Positions 17,419 through 25,250 of a stretch of DNA of 56,600 nt are shown in pieces. The notes under the pieces were generated by a model that made no database searches, was not told the origin of the DNA, and worked only from the letters and a program-made list of their open reading frames with translations. Within the stretch, counting starts at the first letter, position 1. Each line of letters opens with the position of its first letter. Both the position numbers and the translations under genes were made by a program. This DNA is from Candidatus Nomurabacteria bacterium (GTDB lineage Bacteria; Patescibacteriota; Minisyncoccia; Phycocordibacterales; UBA9973). The stretch spans positions 1 through 56,600 of the forward strand of contig JAPLXV010000003.1 of the NCBI GenBank assembly GCA_026395895.1, written 5' to 3'.

Positions 17419-19566
17419 ATGCGACTAAAAAACCTTGAAATAAATGGCTTTAAATCATTTTCTAAAAAAACTGTTTTGGAGTTTCAAAATTCGATTGTGG
17501 CTATTGTCGGTCCCAATGGATCTGGTAAATCAAATGTAGTGGAAGCTTTGCGTTTTGTTTTAGGCGAACAGTCAATGAAATCAATGCGTGGGTCATTGGG
17601 AGCTGATTTGATTTTTAAAGGGTCAAAAAACTTACCCAAAAGTTCCCGAGCAACTGCTACTATATATTTTAATAACTCTGATAAAATTTTTAAACTTTCT
17701 AATGAAACAGGAGAAAATATAAATTTAAATTATGATGTTATTTCAATTTCTCGTGAAGTTTTTTCTGATGGCTTAAATAAATATATTTTGAATGGTTCAG
17801 AAGTAAGATTAAAAGATATTAATAATCTTTTATCCTCAGTTAATATTGGTTCTTCTGGGCACCATATTATTTCGCAAGGTGAGGCGGACAGAATTCTAAA
17901 TGCTTCTCCTAGGGATAGAAGGGAAATGGTAGAAGATGCTCTTGGACTTAAAATTTACCAATATAAAATAAAAGAAGCGCAACGCAAATTAGAAAGAACT
18001 ACCGACAATATGAAAGAGGTTTCACTTTTGCGTCGAGAAAATGCTCCGCATTTAAATTTTCTAAAAAAACAAGTAGATAAATTTGAAAAAGCAAAAGAAA
18101 TGCAGGTAACATTGTTATCTCTTTATAAAGAATACTTAAAGAAAGAAAGTGTTTATTTAGAAAAAGAACAATCAAATTTACTTTCAGAAAAAAATAAAAT
18201 TTCTTTAGAGTTGAAAAACGTAAAAGAGAAAATCTCTGATACAGATGAAACTGAAAAGAGAGGAGAAAGTGAAAAAGAAAAAGAATTAAAAGTATTTGAA
18301 AAAAAGATAAGTGAAATTCATGCAGTCAAAAATGAAATAGAACGCAAATTGGGAAGAATTGAAGGAATTCTTGAATCAAAAGGAAATAAAGTTAAAATTT
18401 CTGGTAAATGTCCTTTATGTGGCAGTGAAATTAAGGAAAAAGAAGAAGGTCAGATAGAAAAGAGACAAAATGATGAAAAAGAATTGGAAGAATTAAAAAA
18501 TTCTCAAGCTGGTATTCTAGCTGAAATGGAGAATTTAAAAAATGAGGAGGGAAATATTTTTGAAAAAATAGAAATATTGAAAAAAGAAATTAATCAAGAG
18601 AATGAAGCTCTGCATATAAAAGAAAAGGAGAAATTTAATTTTAGAGTTAGGCACCAAGAGTTATCCTCTTCTTTAGATCTAATTTCTGTCAAAGAACAAA
18701 ATCTTAAAAGAGAGATAGAATCTTTCGAAAATGAAATAAAAGAAGGTGAAGCTTTAATTGGAAGTGAAATTTTGTCTTATAAAAATTTTGAGGTGAATGA
18801 AATAATTGATAGAAATGCGCAAGAAGAATCAAGACGAAAAATTGAACGTATAAAAATGAAGTTAGAAGACGTTGGTGTGGGTGGAGGATCAGAAGTAATG
18901 AAAGAATATGAGGAAGTTTTTCAAAGAGATAATTTTTTAGCCAAAGAGATGGAAGATTTAGCTGTAAGTATAGAGTCTCTTCGAAAATTGATGGCAGATT
19001 TGAAAGAAAAAATAGATATAGAATTTAAAGAGGGTATTAAGAAAATAAATGTAGAGTTTGATAAATTCTTTTCTTTGATGTTTGGCGGAGGAACTGGCTA
19101 TCTTGCAATTGTTGTTGAAAGTAAAAAGAAGAAAGAAGCCCCGACGCTCGAAGAGGTCGGGGTCCCGACTCCTGATGAAGATCAGGACGTCGGGAAAGAA
19201 ATCGTTCCTGAACAAGGCATTGAAATTAATGTTTCGCTTCCACATAAAAAAGTGAAAGAACTGAATGCACTTTCTGGAGGAGAAAGGTCTCTTACCTCTA
19301 TTGCTCTTCTTTTTGCTATGTCCCAAGTAAATCCACCGCCATTTTTGGTACTTGATGAAACAGATGCTGCGCTAGACGAAGCAAATTCTCGCAAATATGG
19401 GGATATGCTAGAAAAACTCTCTCATCACTCTCAGCTTATAGTCGTTACTCATAATAGGGAAACAATGTCTCGCGCTGGCATTTTATATGGCGTCACTATA
19501 GGTTCCGATGGTGCCTCCAAACTTCTCTCTGTCAAACTGGACGAAGCCGCCGCAATTGCAAAGTAA
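17419..19566 (+). CDS. smc: SMC-family ATPase, short form (715 aa) with no recognisable hinge and a central CPLC motif
   Basis: SMC-type heads: GFKSFSKKTVLEF...GPNGSGKSNVVEALRFVLGEQS at the N-terminus and LSGGERSLTSIALLFAM...FLVLDETDAALDEAN...VVTHNRETM at the C-terminus. The middle is all coiled coil, with GKCPLCGSE at aa 331-334. Confidence 0.85.
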   Translation: MRLKNLEINGFKSFSKKTVLEFQNSIVAIVGPNGSGKSNVVEALRFVLGEQSMKSMRGSLGADLIFKGSKNLPKSSRATATIYFNNSDKIFKLSNETGENINLNYDVISISREVFSDGLNKYILNGSEVRLKDINNLLSSVNIGSSGHHIISQGEADRILNASPRDRREMVEDALGLKIYQYKIKEAQRKLERTTDNMKEVSLLRRENAPHLNFLKKQVDKFEKAKEMQVTLLSLYKEYLKKESVYLEKEQSNLLSEKNKISLELKNVKEKISDTDETEKRGESEKEKELKVFEKKISEIHAVKNEIERKLGRIEGILESKGNKVKISGKCPLCGSEIKEKEEGQIEKRQNDEKELEELKNSQAGILAEMENLKNEEGNIFEKIEILKKEINQENEALHIKEKEKFNFRVRHQELSSSLDLISVKEQNLKREIESFENEIKEGEALIGSEILSYKNFEVNEIIDRNAQEESRRKIERIKMKLEDVGVGGGSEVMKEYEEVFQRDNFLAKEMEDLAVSIESLRKLMADLKEKIDIEFKEGIKKINVEFDKFFSLMFGGGTGYLAIVVESKKKKEAPTLEEVGVPTPDEDQDVGKEIVPEQGIEINVSLPHKKVKELNALSGGERSLTSIALLFAMSQVNPPPFLVLDETDAALDEANSRKYGDMLEKLSHHSQLIVVTHNRETMSRAGILYGVTIGSDGASKLLSVKLDEAAAIAK
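19139..19195 (+). repeat. 57 nt double-hairpin module in frame in smc (family 1, TCCCGAC/GTCGGGA)
   Basis: CCCCGAC-N10-GTCGGGG, then TCCCGAC-[TCCTGAT GAAG ATCAGGA]-C-GTCGGGA. It encodes APTLEEVGVPTPDEDQDVGK. Confidence 0.85.
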
Positions 19567-19568
19567 AT

Positions 19569-21485
19569 TTATTTGAATTTGATTTTTTCTTCCTTGCCGA
19601 TTATTAATTGATTTGGCTGGAAGAATTTGTTTAGTTTAACGGTGTCTTTTTTTATGGACATACTTCCATCTCTATTTAATTTAATTTCCAAAAGCATACC
19701 CTGCATTGTATTTACGGAAAAACCCTGGTCAAAAATAAAGTTGCCTAGCGAATAAGCGATAAAACCCACGCACGAATTTTGAGTGCAATCTTTTGGGCTA
19801 TAAACTTCTGTATCTTCTACCACGTGTGGATGAGTGCCAATTATAATTTTAGCCCCGTCATCTATTGCCTTGTGCGCTAAATATTCTTGTCTGGAATTAT
19901 GTTTTATTTTATATTCGTCTCCAAAATGAAATGACACGACTAAATAATCAACTTGCTTAGATGCATTTTGCACTATTTCATCAAAACGCGGATTGCTTGC
20001 AAATAATAAACCAGCTTTGTCTGCTCCTGCCTCCATCCAATCTGGCCCTACATCTGAAAATCCCAAATATCCTATTTTCATTCCATATTTTTCTATAATA
20101 ACAGGCATTTCTGCTTCGTTTGCATTCATTCCTCCACCAATATATGAAATTTCATTTTCTTTTAATCTAGTTAAAGTATCAACATAAGCATTTTGTCCCC
20201 AATCTCCCATATGATTATTAGCAACCGAAACCACAGAAAATCCTGCGCCTTTTAATGCAGGAATAGTGGAAGGGTCCATTCTAAATGAATATAAATTATG
20301 CATATCTTTTCCTGCATCAGAGGCTGGACCTTCCAAATTTGCAAAAGTTATATCAGATCTTTTTAAGATTCCTAATTTTTCAAAAAGGGCTGAGTAATCT
20401 CCTTTGAAATTTTTGTTTACAGAATTTTTAACTCCACGATCAAGCATTATATCTCCACCGAACAAAAGAGTGACGAAATCTTGATCATATACTACAGGTA
20501 AATCAGTTCTTTCTTTGACCCAAGCAGTATTAGCGTCAGCTTCTCCGCCATAATATATATTTTTATTTAAATATTTTAAAATATTTTCTACGTCCTTAAA
20601 ACGATCTTTACTTTGTAAAAGAGTGATAGCAATATGGCGTGTTCCAGCTTCTGAAAGGGGAACTGAAAAAGTGGAAATAACTGTTTGTAAAGCGACATCT
20701 GTATAACCACTTTTACCTCCCAAATAGCCATTTTCAAGCAGGAATTGATTATTACTGAACCAATTGTGTGTTTTATTGGAATAGCTTCGTTTGGTTGTGA
20801 TTTGTAGTAAATTTGGGTCTTTTTGATTTAAATATCCTGCTAATTTAAACATATCAAAAACAGTTGATTGATTTTTAGGAGAAAGTCCGCTTGGGTCGTC
20901 AAAACTAGTCTTAGATAATTCTAATTTGAGAGCCTCCTGGTTCATTTTTTTTAGAAAAATATCTCGGCCAAAAAATTCAGCTATTACTTCGGCAGCATCA
21001 TTGCTTGATTCTAAAAGTAGGGGATAAATGAGGTCTGTAATTTTTATTTTTTCTCCTATTTTCAAATTACCATTCTTTCCAGAGGTGGCTGAGGCTTTTT
21101 TAGAAACTTTAGCAATATCATCTGAGCTTTTTGATTCTGTGGCCACAAGCGCAGTCATAAGTTTAGAAACAGAAGCAAGTGAATATTGTTCATCTTGATT
21201 TTTTGTCAAAATAATTTCTCCCGTATCTAAATCACCAACTAAAAAAGCCTTGGCTGATACTTTTGGTTTCAAATTTAAATCTTTTACGAAATAAGAAAAT
21301 CCAGATGTTAATTCTGGTGCTGTCAGAGATTCCATGGCTGTTGCGGTATTTTCATTTGGTTCTATTATTTTTTTATATTCAGCATCTTTAAAAAAGAGAG
21401 AGACAAAAAAAATACCAACCATAGTAGCAGAGATTGTCCAAAATCCGAGTTTAATTTTTGGACCTAGGGTAGATTTCATATTCAT
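19569..21485 (-). CDS. Fusion protein: N-terminal D-alanyl-D-alanine carboxypeptidase (S11 PBP) and C-terminal CapA-type metallophosphatase domain
   Basis: N-terminal TM, then SVSKLMT (SxxK), ESSNDAA (SxN) and KSGYT (KTG). The C-terminus has GGDIMLDRGV, ANLEGP, VANNHMGDWG, SFHFGDEY and GTHPHV. Confidence 0.85.
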   Translation of the reverse strand: MNMKSTLGPKIKLGFWTISATMVGIFFVSLFFKDAEYKKIIEPNENTATAMESLTAPELTSGFSYFVKDLNLKPKVSAKAFLVGDLDTGEIILTKNQDEQYSLASVSKLMTALVATESKSSDDIAKVSKKASATSGKNGNLKIGEKIKITDLIYPLLLESSNDAAEVIAEFFGRDIFLKKMNQEALKLELSKTSFDDPSGLSPKNQSTVFDMFKLAGYLNQKDPNLLQITTKRSYSNKTHNWFSNNQFLLENGYLGGKSGYTDVALQTVISTFSVPLSEAGTRHIAITLLQSKDRFKDVENILKYLNKNIYYGGEADANTAWVKERTDLPVVYDQDFVTLLFGGDIMLDRGVKNSVNKNFKGDYSALFEKLGILKRSDITFANLEGPASDAGKDMHNLYSFRMDPSTIPALKGAGFSVVSVANNHMGDWGQNAYVDTLTRLKENEISYIGGGMNANEAEMPVIIEKYGMKIGYLGFSDVGPDWMEAGADKAGLLFASNPRFDEIVQNASKQVDYLVVSFHFGDEYKIKHNSRQEYLAHKAIDDGAKIIIGTHPHVVEDTEVYSPKDCTQNSCVGFIAYSLGNFIFDQGFSVNTMQGMLLEIKLNRDGSMSIKKDTVKLNKFFQPNQLIIGKEEKIKFK

Positions 21486-23611
21486 TATGTTGTTAGCGCA
21501 TAATCTATCGTTTTTCTTTCTAAATCAACACTTTTTACTTTTATCTTTACTCGGTCGCCTAGTCTGTATTTTTTCCCCGACGCTTTCGGTCGGGATCCCG
21601 GCCCCAAAGGGCGTCGGGACTTTTTCCCTTGTCCGACTAGTTCCAATTTTTTTTCATTAAAAATATAAAAATTATCTTCCATATCTCGTACTCGTACCAG
21701 ACCCTCGCATTTTGTTTCTACTTCTTCTACATAAATACCCCATTCTGTTATACCACTAATAATACCTTCAAATGTTTTTGAAATACGAGAAGACATATAT
21801 TCAACTTGTTTGTATTTTATAGAGGCTCGTTCAGCATCTGAAGCAAATTTTTCTCTTTCTGATGCTTTTCTGGAAATTTCTTCATAGATACTTAATTTCT
21901 CTTTGCCCACTTTTAATCCTTTTAGGTAATCTGTCAAAAGTCTGTGGACTACTACATCTGGGTAGCGTCTGATGGGGGAAGTAAAATGAGCATAGTATTC
22001 AAAAGCCAAACCATAGTGGCCGACATTTTTTGTGGAATAAATTGCTTTGGCCATAGAGCGTATAATTGCGCGATTGACTGTATTTTCTTCATTTTTTCCC
22101 TCAAGACTCTTTAGAAGATTATTTAATTCATAATTTGGAATAACCCCATCAATTAAAGATATTTTATATCCCAAACTCCTTAAAAAGAATGCCAAATCAG
22201 TCATTTTTTCTTTACTAGGATTATCATGGATACGATAGACAAATACTCCTCCATCTTTCTTGGTGCCTTTGGAGATAGTTTCAGCCACTTTTTTATTTGC
22301 TAAAAGCATAAATTCTTCAATTAATTTGTTTGAATCACCTCGTACTTTTTTTATTACTTTTAACGGTGTTCCATTTTTATCTAAAACAAATTTTACTTCT
22401 TCTTGTTCGAGCGAGATAGCTCCATTTGCAAATCTTTCTTTGTTCAATTTTTTAGCCAAATTATTTAAAATAAAAAGTTCTTTGTGCAGTGGCGCTGAAT
22501 TTTCTTTTATAGATTTTTCCGCTTCTTCGTAAGTAAATCTTTTTTGAGAATGTATCACCGTACGTCCGTACCATTCTTTTTTTACTTGCGCGTTTTTGTC
22601 TAGGACAAAAACTGCGCTCATGGTCAGTCTGTCTTTATTGGGAACTAGAGAACAGAGGTCGTTAGAAAGTACTTCCGGAAGCATTGGGATAGTTCTATCT
22701 ACTAAATAAACAGAAGTGCCTCTTTTTTTTGCTTCCTTATCAATTTCGCTTCCAATTTTTACATAATGAGAAACGTCGGCTATATGAATTCCGATTTCAT
22801 ATACCTCACCCCCTAACCCCCTCTCCTTGAAACCCCCTTGCTCCCCCTTATCAAGGGGAAACCATTTGCCTCCCCTGACAAGGGGAGGTCTGGAGGGGTT
22901 AAGGAGAGGGGGGAGAATACGGAATGAAATGGCATCATCAAAATCTTTTGCATCATCTGGGTCAATAGTAAAAGTGAGAGTTTTTCTAAAATCGCGTCGC
23001 CCATTATAATCTTCATTTTTAATACCTAAACTTTTTATTTTTTCCGCTTCCTCCTCAACTTTTTGAGGCAGTTCACTATCAAACCCTTTTTCTATAGCGA
23101 TAGCATGCATTTCCGCATTATTGTCTCCGGGTTTTCCTAAAACTTTTATTATTTTTCCTTCTGGTGCTTTTAGTCCATCTTTCCAAAAAATTATTTCTGT
23201 ATAGACTTTTTGTCCTGCCTTTGCGCCATTTAGCATTTTTTCGGGTATTAGAATATCGGTATACATTTTTGTATCATCGGGTTTTAGAAAATATATGCCG
23301 TCTTCTTTCTCTAAGACTCCCGAAAAGCCCATCTTTGCACGAGAGATTATTTTTAATACTTCGGCTGTCAAACGCCCTTTTCCTTTTGGATGCAAAGTAA
23401 TTTCAACCATATCACCGTGCAGAGCTGTATTTAAGTGCCTAAAATCAATCTCAGGGTCCTTCCCGACGTTCTGATTTCTATCAGAAGTCGGGATCCCGAC
23501 CCCATTGGGCGTCGGGACCTCATTCAATATTCTTACATATCCAATACCCTTGCTTGTTATAGATATAATACCCTGTACTGTCTTTTGAATTTTTTTTGTT
23601 TTTCCTTTCAC
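21485..23611 (-). CDS. rnr: Ribonuclease R (start probably GVG-context GTG at 23611; track ORF extends to 23722)
   Basis: Cold-shock/OB N-terminus, an RNB domain (DPDDAKDFDDA, GIHIADVSHYV, VYLVDRTIPMLP) and a C-terminal S1 domain. The 23612-23722 extension overlaps the rpsP start region on the opposite strand. Confidence 0.9.
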   Translation of the reverse strand: MKGKTKKIQKTVQGIISITSKGIGYVRILNEVPTPNGVGIPTSDRNQNVGKDPEIDFRHLNTALHGDMVEITLHPKGKGRLTAEVLKIISRAKMGFSGVLEKEDGIYFLKPDDTKMYTDILIPEKMLNGAKAGQKVYTEIIFWKDGLKAPEGKIIKVLGKPGDNNAEMHAIAIEKGFDSELPQKVEEEAEKIKSLGIKNEDYNGRRDFRKTLTFTIDPDDAKDFDDAISFRILPPLLNPSRPPLVRGGKWFPLDKGEQGGFKERGLGGEVYEIGIHIADVSHYVKIGSEIDKEAKKRGTSVYLVDRTIPMLPEVLSNDLCSLVPNKDRLTMSAVFVLDKNAQVKKEWYGRTVIHSQKRFTYEEAEKSIKENSAPLHKELFILNNLAKKLNKERFANGAISLEQEEVKFVLDKNGTPLKVIKKVRGDSNKLIEEFMLLANKKVAETISKGTKKDGGVFVYRIHDNPSKEKMTDLAFFLRSLGYKISLIDGVIPNYELNNLLKSLEGKNEENTVNRAIIRSMAKAIYSTKNVGHYGLAFEYYAHFTSPIRRYPDVVVHRLLTDYLKGLKVGKEKLSIYEEISRKASEREKFASDAERASIKYKQVEYMSSRISKTFEGIISGITEWGIYVEEVETKCEGLVRVRDMEDNFYIFNEKKLELVGQGKKSRRPLGPGSRPKASGKKYRLGDRVKIKVKSVDLERKTIDYALTT
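21575..21619 (-). repeat. 45 nt double-hairpin module in frame near the rnr C-terminus (family 1, read in a different frame)
   Basis: CCCGAC-GCTTTCG-GTCGGG, then TCCCGGC-CCCAAAGGGC-GTCGGGA. It encodes SRRPLGPGSRPKASG. Confidence 0.8.
22807..22914 (-). repeat. ~108 nt nested multi-hairpin GC-rich module in frame in rnr, just upstream of the HIADVS catalytic motif (family 3)
   Basis: Outer 12 bp stem CCCCCTCTCCTT 22817-22828 / AAGGAGAGGGGG 22901-22912. Inner hairpins CCCCTT-ATC-AAGGGG (22844-22858) and CCTCCCCT-GACA-AGGGGAGG (22869-22888). It encodes PPLLNPSRPPLVRGGKWFPLDKGEQGGFKERGLGGE. Confidence 0.85.
23461..23517 (-). repeat. 57 nt double-hairpin module in frame in the rnr N-terminal region (family 1)
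   Basis: TCCCGAC-[GTTCTGAT TTCT ATCAGAA]-GTCGGGA, then TCCCGAC-CCCATTGGGC-GTCGGGA. Same length, orientation and frame as the smc copy. It encodes VPTPNGVGIPTSDRNQNVGK. Confidence 0.85.
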
Positions 23612-23673
23612 TCTTTTAATATAACATAAATTTTTGTATTTGCCTTTTTGGGGAATTATGTTAGACTCTAAAG

Positions 23674-23982
23674 ATGTTAAAAATAAGATTACAAAGAATT
23701 GGAAGGAAAAATGACCCATCATTTCGGGCGGTTTTGACTGATTCTAAAAACAGCACTAAAAGCGGAAAATTTTTAGAAATAGTTGGTACTTATAATCCAA
23801 AGGCGGGCGAGACTAGTTTTAAGACTGAAAGAATACAATACTGGGTTTCAAAAGGGGCACAACTTTCCGATACCATGCATAATTTTATGGTGCATCAAAA
23901 AGTGATAGAAGGGAAGAAGAGAAACGTATTGCCGAAGAAAAAACCGACAGTTAAAAGAAAGGAGTTGAAAGCTAAAAAATAA
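23674..23982 (+). CDS. rpsP: 30S ribosomal protein S16
   Basis: MLKIRLQRIGRKNDPSFRAVLTDS...GTYNP...W...GAQLSDT. Confidence 0.93.
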   Translation: MLKIRLQRIGRKNDPSFRAVLTDSKNSTKSGKFLEIVGTYNPKAGETSFKTERIQYWVSKGAQLSDTMHNFMVHQKVIEGKKRNVLPKKKPTVKRKELKAKK

Positions 23983-24044
23983 TCGTATATAATTATTACA
24001 GCAGTGCAGTTAATCATTTAAGGTCGTAACACTGCCAAACATTT

Positions 24045-24075
24045 CAGCCAGTGGGCTGATCCGCCTACTGGCGGA
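24045..24075 (+). repeat. Intergenic tandem-hairpin module (family 2, TCCGCC/GGCGGA)
   Basis: CAGCC-AGTG-GGCTG, A, TCCGCC-TACT-GGCGGA. Same architecture as the 30 nt modules in rpoB and the HMA permease gene. Confidence 0.7.
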
Positions 24076-24107
24076 AAAAATTATTAATAAAATATTTCTG
24101 AACACAT

Positions 24108-24443
24108 ATGCAAGACGCAGACAAGATATTTCTGGAATATGTAGTAAAAGCTTTAGTTGACAATCCGAACGATGTAAAAATCGATCGTACTGTTGATGAG
24201 ATGGGTGTCCTTATTTCTCTTACAGTAAATCCTGCCGACATGGGTAAGATTATTGGAAGAATGGGAAATACCGCCAAAGCTATTCGTACCTTGTTAAGAA
24301 TTATAGGTATGAAGAATAATGCCCGTGTGAATTTGAAAATCAACGAGCCGGAAGGTGGAATGAGACCTGAGCCAAGACCTGCAACTGGAGGAATGGCTAC
24401 TAAGACTGTTGATCAGGCTATGGAAGACCTCAAGGGAATTTAG
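24108..24443 (+). CDS. KH-domain RNA-binding protein (UPF0109/YlqC-like)
   Basis: LEYVVKALVDNPNDVKI......VLISLTVNPADMGKIIGRMGNTAKAIRTLL. It is in the conserved position between rpsP and trmD. Confidence 0.88.
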   Translation: MQDADKIFLEYVVKALVDNPNDVKIDRTVDEMGVLISLTVNPADMGKIIGRMGNTAKAIRTLLRIIGMKNNARVNLKINEPEGGMRPEPRPATGGMATKTVDQAMEDLKGI

Positions 24444-24474
24444 GATAGCTGATAGGTTTTAGCTTTTAGCTAAT

Positions 24475-24500
24475 AAAAAACCGCCTTCAGGCGGTTTTTT
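24475..24500 (+). terminator. Rho-independent terminator after the KH gene
   Basis: AAAAAACCGCC-TTCA-GGCGG followed by TTTTTT. Confidence 0.8.
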
Positions 24501-24542
24501 GTATGCTTGTATTTTTTTTCTATAAGCTATAAACTATAAGCT

Positions 24543-25250
24543 GTGAGATTCCATATCATTACAATTTTCCCAGATATTTTTGACTCATACCTCAAAGAGT
24601 CTATTATTGGGCGGGCGATAAAAAATAAGTTTATTTCAGTGAAGTTTTATAATCCTAGAGATTTTATTAGGGGTAATAAAAGTAATTACAAACCAGTAGA
24701 TGACAAGCCTTACGGCGGAGGGCCGGGGATGGTGATGAGAGCCGAGCCAATTCTTAAAGCTATAGAAACCGTAGTAAAAAAGATATCCACCCTGTCTCGC
24801 AAACGAGTCACCCCTCAAGAGGGGAATAAAAAAATATTAATTATCAATTTTATTCCTAGCGCTGAAAAATTTACCACTAATTATGCCAAGACGATTTCCA
24901 AAAAATATACAGATATTATTTTAATTTGCGGAAGATATGAAGGCATAGATGCGAGAGTAGATAAAATTCTCAAAACAAAGAAACTTTCAATAGGGGATTA
25001 TGTTTTGACCGGCGGAGAAATACCAGCTATGATTTTAGTGGATTGCGTTTCTCGCCAAATAGAAGGTGTCCTTGGTAATTTTGATTCAAGGGAAGAAGAA
25101 AGAATCTCTTCAAGCGAAGTTTATACAAGGCCAGAAGTTTTGAAACATAAAAACAAAAATTATAAAGTCCCTAAAGTGTTATTATCTGGGGACCACAAAA
25201 AGATAGAGGATTGGAAAAAGCGCGAGAAGAATGATAAAATAAATAAGTGA
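24543..25250 (+). CDS. trmD: tRNA (guanine37-N1)-methyltransferase TrmD (GTG start)
   Basis: FHIITIFPDIF, DDKPYGGGPGMVM, CGRYEGIDARV, SIGDYVLTGGE, YTRPE, LLSGDHKKIEDW. Confidence 0.93.
   Translation: MRFHIITIFPDIFDSYLKESIIGRAIKNKFISVKFYNPRDFIRGNKSNYKPVDDKPYGGGPGMVMRAEPILKAIETVVKKISTLSRKRVTPQEGNKKILIINFIPSAEKFTTNYAKTISKKYTDIILICGRYEGIDARVDKILKTKKLSIGDYVLTGGEIPAMILVDCVSRQIEGVLGNFDSREEERISSSEVYTRPEVLKHKNKNYKVPKVLLSGDHKKIEDWKKREKNDKINK
24809..24830 (+). repeat. GC hairpin module in frame in trmD (identical 22-mer to pheT)
   Basis: CACCCCTCAAGAGGGGAATAAA encodes TPQEGNK in the same frame as in pheT. Confidence 0.8.

Noticed and set aside
22807-22914. Intein or intron explanation for the in-frame insertions
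   Set aside because: The segments are only 10-36 codons long and lack intein splicing blocks and nucleophile/HN junction residues. They are also far too short for group I or II introns.
23441-23450. AAAATCAATC upstream of an rnr module, as a possible third copy of the leader element
   Set aside because: Only the 10-mer matches. None of the other conserved leader blocks is present, and it lies inside the rnr coding sequence on the opposite strand.
21485-23722. Full-length 745 aa version of the RNase R ORF
   Set aside because: The first 37 codons are hydrophobic or atypical and overlap the rpsP start and promoter region on the other strand. The in-frame GTG at 23611 gives a normal N-terminus (VKGKTKKIQKTVQGIISITSKGIGYV).
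23983-24107. Possible small RNA (for example SRP RNA) in the rpsP-KH intergenic region, given its GC-rich hairpins
   Set aside because: I could not find the conserved SRP domain IV motifs. The hairpins are accounted for by a family 2 palindromic module plus a simple GCAGTG/CACTGC stem.
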